Positions 45,358 through 54,364 are shown, numbered from the stretch's first letter. The stretch is 61,722 nucleotides of DNA from Candidatus Yanofskybacteria bacterium (GCA_016181045.1 JACPAB010000004.1:1-61722), one strand, 5' to 3'. Notes: generated by a model from the sequence alone, not told the origin. A program made the numbers and translations.

Positions 45358-46543
45358 TTTCCCCGGCTTCTTTTTGGTTCTTGATCCCCTCGACTTCGCT
45401 CGGGGCAAGCCAATGTATCTCTTTATTCCTTTTGAACCAGGTCATCTGACGTTTTGAATACTTGATGATATCTCTCAATAAATTCTGGTATTCTTGAGAA
45501 TTTGAGAATGATTTTGGAGTTCTTTGTTTTCTATATTTTCTTAGCCATCCGGAAATCCACCGGTATTCAAGGCCTAACTCATCAAGTCGTTTCCAACTGA
45601 CTCCTTGTTTGCCAGGTAGTGAATGTTCCGGAGTTTCTCGGGCGACAAAGTCGCAGCCGGAACATCTACTACCTGGTTTGTGTAGGTTTTTAACTTCTTT
45701 TATCATCCCTTGTTTAAGACGTTCGTCTAGACGCTTTTTAATTTTGACGGCCAATTTTTCTTTACCCGGATTTAGTCCAAGCCACAAGACATCATAATTT
45801 CCAACCATCTGATTTATACCACGATCGTAGTATAAATCAGATTTATTTTTGAGAGCTTTTTTGATAGATTTTCTGGCCATTGCGATTTCTACGGCTCTTA
45901 TTAACCGGCGCTTGTTTTTGGGGTCAATCGTTTTTGCTCGTTCCGGGTCCAGTTTCTTTAATTTCTCAAATAATTTCTCAATTTCTAAATTTCCTAATCC
46001 CTTTCTTAATTTTTTGTTTGGCGGAACTTCGGCAACCGACATTCGGCCAAGCAAAACATCAATATAAAATCCCGTACCGCCGACAATAATGGGGATTTTG
46101 TTTTTGGTCAAGATTTCTTTTATGGCTTTTTGCCCCAACCTTTTAAAGTCGTCAGCGGTAAACTGTTTTTTAGGACTTGCAACATCAATAAGGTAATGCC
46201 TTACTCCCTCTGAATAGTAATCTTGGTTTTGAATTTTGAATTTTGAATTTTGGGTTTGTTTAGGATTTATCCCTAGGCCTTCGGCCGGGATCCCGGTCGT
46301 CTTTGGCGACCTAGGGAGGATTTTGGATTTAGGATTTCTATCCCTTGGGACCTTTCCCGTTCCGACATCCATTCCGCGGTAAACCTGCCGCGAGTCGGCG
46401 GAAATTATTTCACCCTCACACCTATGCATAGGTGTGAGGGCAAGCCACTTCATTTTTCTCGCGATTTTTATAGCCAAATCCGACTTTCCCGAAGCCGTCG
46501 GACCGACAATGACAACTATTTTCGGCGCTTTGCCACCAATCAT
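45326..46543 (-). CDS. miaA: tRNA dimethylallyltransferase with multiple in-frame repeat insertions
   Basis: IVGPTASGKS P-loop, EIISADSRQVYRGMDVGTGK, HYLIDV, IPIIVGGTGFY; 405 aa versus about 300 typical. Confidence 0.88.
   Translation of the reverse strand: MIGGKAPKIVVIVGPTASGKSDLAIKIARKMKWLALTPMHRCEGEIISADSRQVYRGMDVGTGKVPRDRNPKSKILPRSPKTTGIPAEGLGINPKQTQNSKFKIQNQDYYSEGVRHYLIDVASPKKQFTADDFKRLGQKAIKEILTKNKIPIIVGGTGFYIDVLLGRMSVAEVPPNKKLRKGLGNLEIEKLFEKLKKLDPERAKTIDPKNKRRLIRAVEIAMARKSIKKALKNKSDLYYDRGINQMVGNYDVLWLGLNPGKEKLAVKIKKRLDERLKQGMIKEVKNLHKPGSRCSGCDFVARETPEHSLPGKQGVSWKRLDELGLEYRWISGWLRKYRKQRTPKSFSNSQEYQNLLRDIIKYSKRQMTWFKRNKEIHWLAPSEVEGIKNQKEAGEIIRKFLASRP
45612..45676 (-). repeat. 65-bp CCNGGTAGT-family hairpin element, copy 2 (in frame within miaA)
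   Basis: Plus strand CCAGGTAGTGAATGTTCCGGAGTTTCTCGGGCGACAAAGTCGCAGCCGGAACATCTACTACCTGG, flanked by TTTG on both sides; the AGA-first orientation is on the minus (miaA sense) strand. Confidence 0.9.
45807..45842. repeat. 36-bp ACGATCGT-centred palindrome inside miaA
   Basis: ATCTGATTTATACCACGATCGTAGTATAAATCAGAT (one central mismatch pair); encodes KSDLYYDRGINQM. Confidence 0.9.
46413..46440. repeat. 28-bp perfect palindrome inside miaA
   Basis: CCCTCACACCTATGCATAGGTGTGAGGG flanked by CA on both sides; encodes LTPMHRCEG. Confidence 0.95.
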
Positions 46544-46593
46544 AATTATGATATCTTACATCCAGTTCAGATCTTTGAAAAGGATAAGCCGGT

Positions 46594-47211
46594 GTGACAA
46601 AGTGGCTCAAATTTTGGCCGTTCTTGGTGACGCCGATAGTCGTCTACTTTAATGTCGAACTTGTGTTTATTCCGAAACTTATGCTGTTAGGCATAAAGGG
46701 TTGGGAGCTGTTTGGCTACGCTGAAATTGCGGCTTCTCTGGAATTGGCTTACTATGGATGGTTTTTTTGGTGGCTCGGTTCTCTGATCAAAAACAACCCA
46801 AAACTTAAAGAGTTTTATGATGATGCCAAAGCTAAGGGCGTAGATAAAGTTTTAAGAAAGTTAGTAAAAATTTCGGTTGAACTTCTGCTGAAAGAAAGTA
46901 AGAACAAACGATTAGATAACGCTAAAAACGGCAACCCTAAAAGAGAAAGTTTTTTTACTATGTTTTTGCTTGGCGGTGGCATAGGAACCTGGATTTTAGG
47001 CTTGCTTATATTTCACGCGACAAAGTCGTATGTTGGCCTGGCAGGGCTTTTTTTAGGAAATGCGGTCAAGATAGCCTGTTTTGTTCTTTTGGCCAATCTT
47101 GTTGGATTTTGGGGTTATCTTTTGGTAACGCTAGTCGCGTTGTTCAAGGCCTATAGATTTGTATTCGATCGAATTAAGGATAAATTGAGTAATATTGCGA
47201 TGAGTTTGTAA
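46594..47211 (+). CDS. hypothetical integral membrane protein
   Basis: 205 aa, GTG start, several hydrophobic helices. Confidence 0.45.
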   Translation: MTKWLKFWPFLVTPIVVYFNVELVFIPKLMLLGIKGWELFGYAEIAASLELAYYGWFFWWLGSLIKNNPKLKEFYDDAKAKGVDKVLRKLVKISVELLLKESKNKRLDNAKNGNPKRESFFTMFLLGGGIGTWILGLLIFHATKSYVGLAGLFLGNAVKIACFVLLANLVGFWGYLLVTLVALFKAYRFVFDRIKDKLSNIAMSL

Positions 47212-47222
47212 CTTTCGACTTT

Positions 47223-47246
47223 AACCCCGCATTTTGACGGGGTTTT
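47223..47246. terminator. bidirectional intrinsic terminator
   Basis: AACCCCGCATTTTGACGGGGTTTT between convergent genes. Confidence 0.8.
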
Positions 47247-47247
47247 G

Positions 47248-48462
47248 TTATTTTTTATCCCCTATTTCTTTCTTGAGTTTTTCTAATAACCTCTCCACTT
47301 TTATCTGGCCAACATCGCCCTTGCCTCTCTGTCGTACGGCAACGGCTTTGGCTTTAACTTCTTTTTCTCCAACGATAAGAAGGTAAGGGATTTTTTGCAT
47401 TTCGGAGGCGCGGATTTTTTTGCCGAGAGTTTCATTGTCTAAGTTTAATTCGGCTCGCAATCCGTTCTTTTTTAATTCCTCGTAGACATTTTGAGCCCAC
47501 TTGTTTTGTTTATCTGATATCGGCAGAACGGCAACTTGAACAGGGGACAACCACACAGGAAGGGCTCCGCCGGTATGTTCAAGCAAGACCCCGATAAATC
47601 TTTCAAACGAGCCGAAAATTGCCCGATGGATAACCCAGGGCATTTTCTGCTGGCCGTTTTCGTCGGTGTAAAAAACATCGAACTGTTTAGGGAGCATTAC
47701 CAGGTCCAACTGGGCCGTGCCCATCTGCCAGTCACGATCCTGGGAATCCCGCAGATGCGCTTCTATCTTGGGTCCGTAAAAAGATCCCTCGCCTTCAGCA
47801 GTTGCATATTTAACCCCGGCTTTCTTTAAGGCGTTTCCCAATGCTTTTTCTGCTATATCCCATTCTTCCTTACCCCCTAATGCATCTTTGGGGCGGGTAG
47901 CTAAAACATATGTCGTTTTGAAACCGAACATATCGTAAAAATTCCTGATAGTATCAACTATTTTAATAACTTCTTCTTCAACTTGCTCGGGCCGAAGATA
48001 GATGTGGGCGTCGTCCATGGTGATCTGTCTGACCCTGAACAAACCGCCCAATGTGCCGGAAAGTTCATTCCGGTTCAATCGGCCGATCTCGGCTAACCGC
48101 AACGGCAAGTCGCGGTAGCTCCTAACCCGGGAATTATAAACATATGTCGATTCCGGACAGTTCATTGGCTTTACAACAAGCATTTCATTTTCGTCGCGTG
48201 GGTTGACAAAATAGAACATATTATCGCGGTAATGTTCCCAGTGGCCCGATTTTACGAAGACATCTTTTTTAACCAGGATCGGTGTTGAGATCTCTTGGTA
48301 CTTCTCGGCCTCGTTTATTTCTCGAGCGGCTTTTTCCAGCTCTTTAAAAATAACCATGCCTTTAGCGTGCCAAAACGGCGCTCCGGGGGCGATTTCGTGG
48401 AAACTAAAAAGATCCAATGCCTGGCCGATGTCCCGGTGGTCTTGTTGAGCTTGCTTCTCCAT
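47248..48462 (-). CDS. thrS: threonyl-tRNA synthetase, catalytic plus anticodon-binding domains only
   Basis: Starts at the DHRDIGQALDLF segment that normally follows the editing domain; HRAIFGSFERFIGVLLEH; the upstream 28 nt then run into the dnaE stop. Confidence 0.85.
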   Translation of the reverse strand: MEKQAQQDHRDIGQALDLFSFHEIAPGAPFWHAKGMVIFKELEKAAREINEAEKYQEISTPILVKKDVFVKSGHWEHYRDNMFYFVNPRDENEMLVVKPMNCPESTYVYNSRVRSYRDLPLRLAEIGRLNRNELSGTLGGLFRVRQITMDDAHIYLRPEQVEEEVIKIVDTIRNFYDMFGFKTTYVLATRPKDALGGKEEWDIAEKALGNALKKAGVKYATAEGEGSFYGPKIEAHLRDSQDRDWQMGTAQLDLVMLPKQFDVFYTDENGQQKMPWVIHRAIFGSFERFIGVLLEHTGGALPVWLSPVQVAVLPISDKQNKWAQNVYEELKKNGLRAELNLDNETLGKKIRASEMQKIPYLLIVGEKEVKAKAVAVRQRGKGDVGQIKVERLLEKLKKEIGDKK

Positions 48463-48490
48463 TTATCCAGGATAGCAAAATGAAGCGAGT

Positions 48491-51400
48491 TTAGGCAACC
48501 AAGGCGAGGGGCTTTACGTCGTCACACATGAATTTGATGCTGCCGTCTCGGTCGTTGATCTTTCCGCGGGCCACGACAACACTGTTCTCTTTCCAGGCGT
48601 CGGGGTTCTTCTCCAGGACATTGGGGAATACTACGACCTCGATCTTTGATGTCAGGTCTTCTATCCATGAAAAAACCATGGGTCGGCCGGTCTTGGTGAC
48701 TATTTTTTGCGTTTTGGTTATCACACCTCCGATCTTAATCGAGCCCGAAGTGCTTACCGAGATGCTGTTAATGGGTATTACATTCTCAAGCTTAAGCTGG
48801 GTTTGATAACTGCTTAGGGGGTGGGCCGAAACGAACAGTCCCAGCAGTTCCTTTTCCCAGATCAGTTTTTCCCACGGTTTGGCCGGTTCAGCCGGAGCAA
48901 GGCGGAGAGGCGGAAGGTCTGCCTTGTCGGAGTCGCCGAACAAACTGCTCTGTCCCATTGAGGAGTGCTTTTGTTTTTCCTTAGCATAAGAAAGCAGGTT
49001 TTCCGTATTTACCAGCAGCATGTTCCTGTCGCCGAATTCATCGAGGGCTCCGCAGCGGACAAGCGACTCGACTGCTTTTTTATTCAGATCTTTATTATGG
49101 ACCCTGGTCACAAATTCCTCGACATTCTTGTAGTGTCCGTTGTCCTCCCGTTCGGCGATAACGGCATCGGCAACGCCTTCGCCCAGATTTTTAATGGTCA
49201 GGAGTCCAAAACGAATACGGTCTTTTTGTTGTTGGTCGTTAGTTGTTGGTTGTCGGTCTTTTACAACCGTGAAGTCCTTGTAAGAGCTGTTGATCTCCGG
49301 CGGCAGAACCGGAATGCGCATTCTTTGGCATTCGGAGATGACCTCGGATATTTTTTCCGTATCACCGGCTTCCGCCGTGAGCACGGCGCACATGTATTCC
49401 GCCGGGAAGTTCGCCTTCATGTACGCGGTCTGGTAGGCGACACGGCCATAACAGGCGGCGTGGGCTTTATTGAAACCATATCCTTGGAACGGCTCGAACA
49501 GGTTCCATATCTGCTCTGCCTGCCCCTTTGTCATTCCGCTGTGGGTTTGGCAGCCCTGAACGAAGATCTCATGTTGTTTCGCCATTTCAACCGGAATTTT
49601 TTTACCGACCGCTTTTCGGAATTTATCCACCGATTCCCAGTTATAGCCGGCCAGTTCCATGGCTGTGAACAAAAGGTCGTCCTGATAGACCAGAATGCCG
49701 TACGATTTGGCAAGGAATTTTTCCGCTTTCGGGTGGAAATACTTGATGGGGCTGCGGCCCTGTTTGCGGGCGATATACTCCGGTATGTTATTTATCGGTC
49801 CGGGGCGGTACAACGCGACCATGGCATTAATATCGTGGATGGTGGTTGGCTTGAGGTCCATAAGGTGCTTGGTCATACCCGAGCCGTTTAATTGGAAAAG
49901 GCCCTCGGTTTCGCCTTTGGCCAGCATGGCAAATGTTTTTTTGTCGTCCAAAGGAATTTTTTCAATATCAATATTTATATTTCTATGCTCCTCAACCAAA
50001 CGGACGGCATTTTCCAAAATGGCCAGGTTGCGGATGCCCAAAAAGTCGAGCTTGGTAAGTCCCACGCCGTCTTCACCGACGGTGTACATGTCGTATTGGG
50101 TTATTAAATTGTCCTCGCCTTTCGGATCGAATTGGATCGGCACATATTCAATCAATGGTTTAGGGGCGATGACCACGCCGGCGGCGTGGACCGAAACATG
50201 GCGAACTGTTCCCTCAAGTTTTTTGGCAATGTCGAGTATCTGGCGGGCCTCTCCATCCCTGTCATAAAGGTCCTTCAGGTTCGATTCTATCTCCATGGCG
50301 CGCTTGATGGTCATGGGGAAGCCCTGGGAACCCATTGGGATGAGGTTGGCGATCCGGTCGCCGACGTCATATGACTTTCCGGTGGCCCGTGCCACGTCGC
50401 GAACCGCTCCGCGGGCCAGCATTGTGCCGAATGTGCCTATCTGGGCCACTTTATCGGCGCCATATTTCTTTTTTGCGTATTCGATCACTTCCTGCCTTCT
50501 GTTGTCGGCAAAATCCATGTCTATGTCTGGAGCAGAAGGGCGGAAGGGGTTGAGGAATCGTTCAAATGGAAGCTGGAAGTCAATCGGATTAACATTGGTA
50601 ATGCCTGAAAGATATGCCACAAGCGAACCGGCGACCGAGCCGCGGACGGTGGTATATATATTTGACTCATGGGCGAACCGGAGAAGGTCGGCGACAACAA
50701 GGAAATAAGGCGCGTAGTTCTTGTTTTTAATGATCTCAAGTTCATAACGCCGCCGCTCTTCTAATTTCTGGTTCATGTCCAAGCCACGTTTTTTTGCTCC
50801 TATTAGGGTCAGTTCATCAAGCATCTGGTCAGCTGTTTTGCCGGGTTCAAGAACAAAGTCCGGGAAAATAAATTTGCCGAGAGTCAGTTCGACATTGCAT
50901 CTCTCGGCTATTTTGTTCGTGTTCTCGACGGCTTCCGGAATATCCTTGAACCACTCCAAGGCCTCCTCGTTCGAGATGAAGTGATATTGTCCCTTGCCGG
51001 AAAAAATTGCCGTATCTTCGACATCGGTGTGGGTGGAAATGGCGACCAGGGTCTTGTGGGCGAAAGCGTCGTCAGGGTGAAGATAGTGTGAATCCTGCGT
51101 TGCAACCAAAGGGATATTCAGCTTGCGGGAAAATTCAAGGATAGAATTTTTCCATTCCTGGAAAAATTCCACATCCGGATGGTGCATTATTTCCAAATAA
51201 TAATTTTTCGGGCCGAAGATGGCCTGATATTCCAAGATTATCTTCTCGGCCTTTTCTTTGTTTCCCGATTGGATGGCCCGGCCAAGTTCGCTGCCCGGGC
51301 AGCCGGAGAGGCAGATCAGTCCCTCGGCGTGCTCGCGGAGCAGTTCCTTATCCACGCGGGGTTTGTAGTAATAACCCTCCAAGTGGGCGGCGGTCGTGAG

Positions 51401-51709
51401 TTTGATGAGGTTCTGGTAGCCGGTATTATTTTTAGCCAAAAGAGTAAGATGATAGCGTTTGTTGTCGATATTGGGTTCTTTTTGGAACCGGCTGCGATTG
51501 GCGACATACGCTTCGACTCCGATTATCGGCTTGATGCCGTTCTTCACGCACGCGGTATAAAAATCTATTGCCCCGTACATTACCCCATGATCAGTCAGCC
51601 CGATCGCGGTCATGCCATGCTCTTTTGCCAGCTTGACCATGTCCTTAACTTTGGACATGCCGTCCAGCAAGGAATAATGGCTGTGCGTGTGAAGGTGAGT
51701 GAACTTCAT
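48491..51709 (-). CDS. dnaE: DNA polymerase III alpha subunit
   Basis: MKFTHLHTHSHYSLLDG PHP domain, polymerase core, OB fold; about 1072 aa. Confidence 0.95.
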   Translation of the reverse strand: MKFTHLHTHSHYSLLDGMSKVKDMVKLAKEHGMTAIGLTDHGVMYGAIDFYTACVKNGIKPIIGVEAYVANRSRFQKEPNIDNKRYHLTLLAKNNTGYQNLIKLTTAAHLEGYYYKPRVDKELLREHAEGLICLSGCPGSELGRAIQSGNKEKAEKIILEYQAIFGPKNYYLEIMHHPDVEFFQEWKNSILEFSRKLNIPLVATQDSHYLHPDDAFAHKTLVAISTHTDVEDTAIFSGKGQYHFISNEEALEWFKDIPEAVENTNKIAERCNVELTLGKFIFPDFVLEPGKTADQMLDELTLIGAKKRGLDMNQKLEERRRYELEIIKNKNYAPYFLVVADLLRFAHESNIYTTVRGSVAGSLVAYLSGITNVNPIDFQLPFERFLNPFRPSAPDIDMDFADNRRQEVIEYAKKKYGADKVAQIGTFGTMLARGAVRDVARATGKSYDVGDRIANLIPMGSQGFPMTIKRAMEIESNLKDLYDRDGEARQILDIAKKLEGTVRHVSVHAAGVVIAPKPLIEYVPIQFDPKGEDNLITQYDMYTVGEDGVGLTKLDFLGIRNLAILENAVRLVEEHRNINIDIEKIPLDDKKTFAMLAKGETEGLFQLNGSGMTKHLMDLKPTTIHDINAMVALYRPGPINNIPEYIARKQGRSPIKYFHPKAEKFLAKSYGILVYQDDLLFTAMELAGYNWESVDKFRKAVGKKIPVEMAKQHEIFVQGCQTHSGMTKGQAEQIWNLFEPFQGYGFNKAHAACYGRVAYQTAYMKANFPAEYMCAVLTAEAGDTEKISEVISECQRMRIPVLPPEINSSYKDFTVVKDRQPTTNDQQQKDRIRFGLLTIKNLGEGVADAVIAEREDNGHYKNVEEFVTRVHNKDLNKKAVESLVRCGALDEFGDRNMLLVNTENLLSYAKEKQKHSSMGQSSLFGDSDKADLPPLRLAPAEPAKPWEKLIWEKELLGLFVSAHPLSSYQTQLKLENVIPINSISVSTSGSIKIGGVITKTQKIVTKTGRPMVFSWIEDLTSKIEVVVFPNVLEKNPDAWKENSVVVARGKINDRDGSIKFMCDDVKPLALVA

Positions 51710-51802
51710 TACTTCCATTCTAAGCGTATAAATTTTTTATGGGAATGTTGATAAGCCATTTCTGTTGCCAATAAACTCATTTTGTGTTAGCATTTTTAAA
51801 CT

Positions 51803-52027
51803 ATGGCTGTTCCGCGTCATCATATGGCTAAAGGTAAACAACTCCGAAGGAGGAGTCATTTAGCTTTAAAGCCCAAAAAACTCGCCAAATGCTCCCACTG
51901 CGGCCGCGAAACCGCGCCTCATGCTGTCTGTAAGTTTTGCGGCTATTACAAAGGCAGGGAAGTCGTTAATGCCCTTGCTAAAAAGCTGAAAAAGAAAGAA
52001 AAAAGACAACATTCAGCGGCAAAGTAA
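51803..52027 (+). CDS. rpmF: 50S ribosomal protein L32
   Basis: MAVPRHHMAKGKQLRRRSH and CxxC...CxxC. Confidence 0.88.
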   Translation: MAVPRHHMAKGKQLRRRSHLALKPKKLAKCSHCGRETAPHAVCKFCGYYKGREVVNALAKKLKKKEKRQHSAAK

Positions 52028-52042
52028 TTTCGTTTAAAAATA

Positions 52043-52522
52043 ATGGCCAGTCGACACCTTTCACGTTCCGTAGCAATGCAGTCGCTCTATGAGTGGGATT
52101 TTAGGGGCAAGAATACGGCCGAACTTTCCGAGATAGTCGAGCGCAATGTAAAGGAATTCGCCTCCGGTTTGGAAGATACCGGATTTATCCATCAACTGGT
52201 GGAAGGCGCGGTTAAGCATTTGCCCGAACTCGATAAGATAATCGAAAAGGCCGCGCCGCAGTGGCCTTTGGACCAGATAGCCATCGTGGACAGGAATGTC
52301 CTGCGGCTGGGACTATTTGAACTTTTATTCGGCAACCGCGAGGAGGTTCCGCCCAAAGTTGCCATCAATGAAGCGATCGAACTGGCCAAGTCATTCGGTG
52401 GGGACTCGTCCGGTAAATTTGTGAACGGCGTTTTGGGCACTATATATAGAGAGATAGGCGAACCGGGAAAGGATGACGCTCCTCCGGTCCGGGAGAAGAA
52501 GGAGCAAGAAGAAGAACAATAA
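52043..52522 (+). CDS. nusB: transcription antitermination factor NusB
   Basis: [39 protein letters not shown]. Confidence 0.88.
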   Translation: MASRHLSRSVAMQSLYEWDFRGKNTAELSEIVERNVKEFASGLEDTGFIHQLVEGAVKHLPELDKIIEKAAPQWPLDQIAIVDRNVLRLGLFELLFGNREEVPPKVAINEAIELAKSFGGDSSGKFVNGVLGTIYREIGEPGKDDAPPVREKKEQEEEQ

Positions 52523-52523
52523 T

Positions 52524-52630
52524 AATTTTCAATTTTCAGTTTTCAATTTTCATTGAATGTATCAATTTTTCAATTTTCAAACATTGAATCATTGAAAATT
52601 TATTGTAAATTGTAAATTGTAAATTGTGAA
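52524..52630 (+). repeat. intergenic array of 7-nt tandem repeats (AATTTTC x4, TGTAAAT x3) with a CATTGAATCATT core
   Basis: Read directly between nusB and rnc. Confidence 0.9.
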
Positions 52631-52639
52631 TTTGACTCA

Positions 52640-53329
52640 ATGCGTGACAAATTATCTGAGCTTGAATCAAAAATAAACTTTAAATTTAAAAACAAAGACC
52701 ATCTCCTGATGGCGCTTACCCATCGCTCATATCTCAATGAGAATCCGGGTTGGCATCTGGACCATAACGAGCGTCTGGAGTTTTTGGGCGATGCTGTTTT
52801 AGAACTTGTTGTAACCGAACATCTCTACTCCAACTACCCGAATCCTGAAGGAGAAATGACCAATTGGAGGGCGGCGCTGGTCAATGCCATAATGCTTTCG
52901 AAGATCACAGGAGAATTTGACCTGAATAAATATGTTCTGTTGTCCCGGGGCGAAGCCAAAGATACGGGCAGGGCCCGCCAATACATATTGGCCAATGCGA
53001 TGGAATCGCTGATCGGGGCCATATATTTGGACCAGGGTTATGATGCTTCCGAAAAGTTTATTAAAAAATTTATCTTGAAAGAATTGCCTGGGATTATAGA
53101 AAATCAGCTATACAGGGACGCCAAGAGTTTATTCCAAGAAACGGCCCAGGACAAAGTCGGAATTACCCCGACTTACGAAGTGTTAAAAGAATGGGGGCCA
53201 GACCATGCCCGGAACTTCGAGGTCGGAGTATTCCTTGAGAAGGAGTTGGTTGCTTCCGGGCAGGGCCCGTCCAAACAGGAAGCCCAGCAAGAGGCCGCCT
53301 CGGAGGCCTTGAAAAAGAAGGGCTGGTAA
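52640..53329 (+). CDS. rnc: ribonuclease III
   Basis: NERLEFLGDAVLELVV signature and C-terminal dsRBD. Confidence 0.93.
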   Translation: MRDKLSELESKINFKFKNKDHLLMALTHRSYLNENPGWHLDHNERLEFLGDAVLELVVTEHLYSNYPNPEGEMTNWRAALVNAIMLSKITGEFDLNKYVLLSRGEAKDTGRARQYILANAMESLIGAIYLDQGYDASEKFIKKFILKELPGIIENQLYRDAKSLFQETAQDKVGITPTYEVLKEWGPDHARNFEVGVFLEKELVASGQGPSKQEAQQEAASEALKKKGW

Positions 53330-53350
53330 GGAGATTAACATTCAGCTTAA

Positions 53351-54364
53351 ATGACTGATTTAGCAATTCTTTTAGTTATTGGATATCTCGCGGGTTCTCT
53401 TTCCCCGGGGTATTTCTGGGGGCGAGTCATAAAAGGCCTTGATATAAGAAATTTCGGCAATGGAAATACTGGCGCGAGCAATACGTATCGTGTTGTAGGC
53501 CCTGTCTACGGAATAATTACAGCAGTATTTGATCTTTTAAAATCTCCTCTGGCATACTATTTTAGTTTATCAAGGGTTGATCCTGATTTGGCCATTTTGG
53601 TCGGCTTGGCGGCGGTGCTGGGCCATATTTTCCCGTTCTATTTGAGATTTAGAGGGGGCAAAGGAGTAGCATCTTTGGACGGGCTTTTTCTAATTTCCCT
53701 TTTCTTTGCCAGCCATATTTATTCATTCTTGTTGTTTGTCGGGATGATCATCTACTATGCAACCGTTGTAAAGCCAATCAGGTTGTCATTAAGGCATTGG
53801 TTAAAATTGGGAGCGCTTATCTTTCCGCTGAGCTTGATATGGATGCCTTTCAAATTGGCGGGCGGAGTTTTGGTGATATTGTTTGCTGTTGCTGTTGCCT
53901 TTGATCTTATCCGAAAGTTTAATCCGGAATTAAATAAGAAGTATCTTGAAAAACAAAGATTTGCCAAAGAAAAAGAACGAAGTCGTTTTTCCGGCTATAC
54001 TATTTTTTTGTTCAGCGCATTGCTTGTTAGCTTGTTTTTCTCCAGAGAGATTGCGGCGGTTAGTTTAGTATTCTTTATTTTGGGTGACATTTTTGCGCCT
54101 CTAAGCAGAGAAGTGGCATATTTACCGCAAATAAAAGTAATTGGCGATAAAACCCTGGCTGGAGCAATAGTTGTATTCACAACTTCTTTTTTTGCGGGGC
54201 TATTTTTGCACTTACTTACACCGTTATCGCTGTCTTTGGAGGTTGTGGCGGCGGGCGCTCTTTTTACTGCGATTTTCGATCAGTTAGCTTTTTTTGTTGA
54301 CGACAACTTGTTGGTTCCGATTGGTGTTGCCACAACTCTTAGTCTAATCGGAGTATTTTTATAA
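53351..54364 (+). CDS. plsY: PlsY glycerol-3-phosphate acyltransferase fused to a polyprenol-kinase/CdsA-family-like membrane domain
   Basis: N-terminal GSLSPGYFWG...DIRNFGNGNTGASNTYRVVG and FRGGKGVAS (PlsY). C-terminal 140 aa with ILGDIFAPL ... GDKTLAGAIVVF resembles CTP-dependent polyprenol kinase/cytidylyltransferase motifs. Confidence 0.7.
   Translation: MTDLAILLVIGYLAGSLSPGYFWGRVIKGLDIRNFGNGNTGASNTYRVVGPVYGIITAVFDLLKSPLAYYFSLSRVDPDLAILVGLAAVLGHIFPFYLRFRGGKGVASLDGLFLISLFFASHIYSFLLFVGMIIYYATVVKPIRLSLRHWLKLGALIFPLSLIWMPFKLAGGVLVILFAVAVAFDLIRKFNPELNKKYLEKQRFAKEKERSRFSGYTIFLFSALLVSLFFSREIAAVSLVFFILGDIFAPLSREVAYLPQIKVIGDKTLAGAIVVFTTSFFAGLFLHLLTPLSLSLEVVAAGALFTAIFDQLAFFVDDNLLVPIGVATTLSLIGVFL

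Noticed and set aside
45030-45413. ORF 45030-45413 (-), containing the peptide CPERSRGDQEP
   Set aside because: It overlaps gatB, the small ORF and miaA. The PERSRG peptide is the off-frame translation of the hairpin CCCCTCGACTTCGCTCGGGG (about 45389-45408) near the miaA 3' end.
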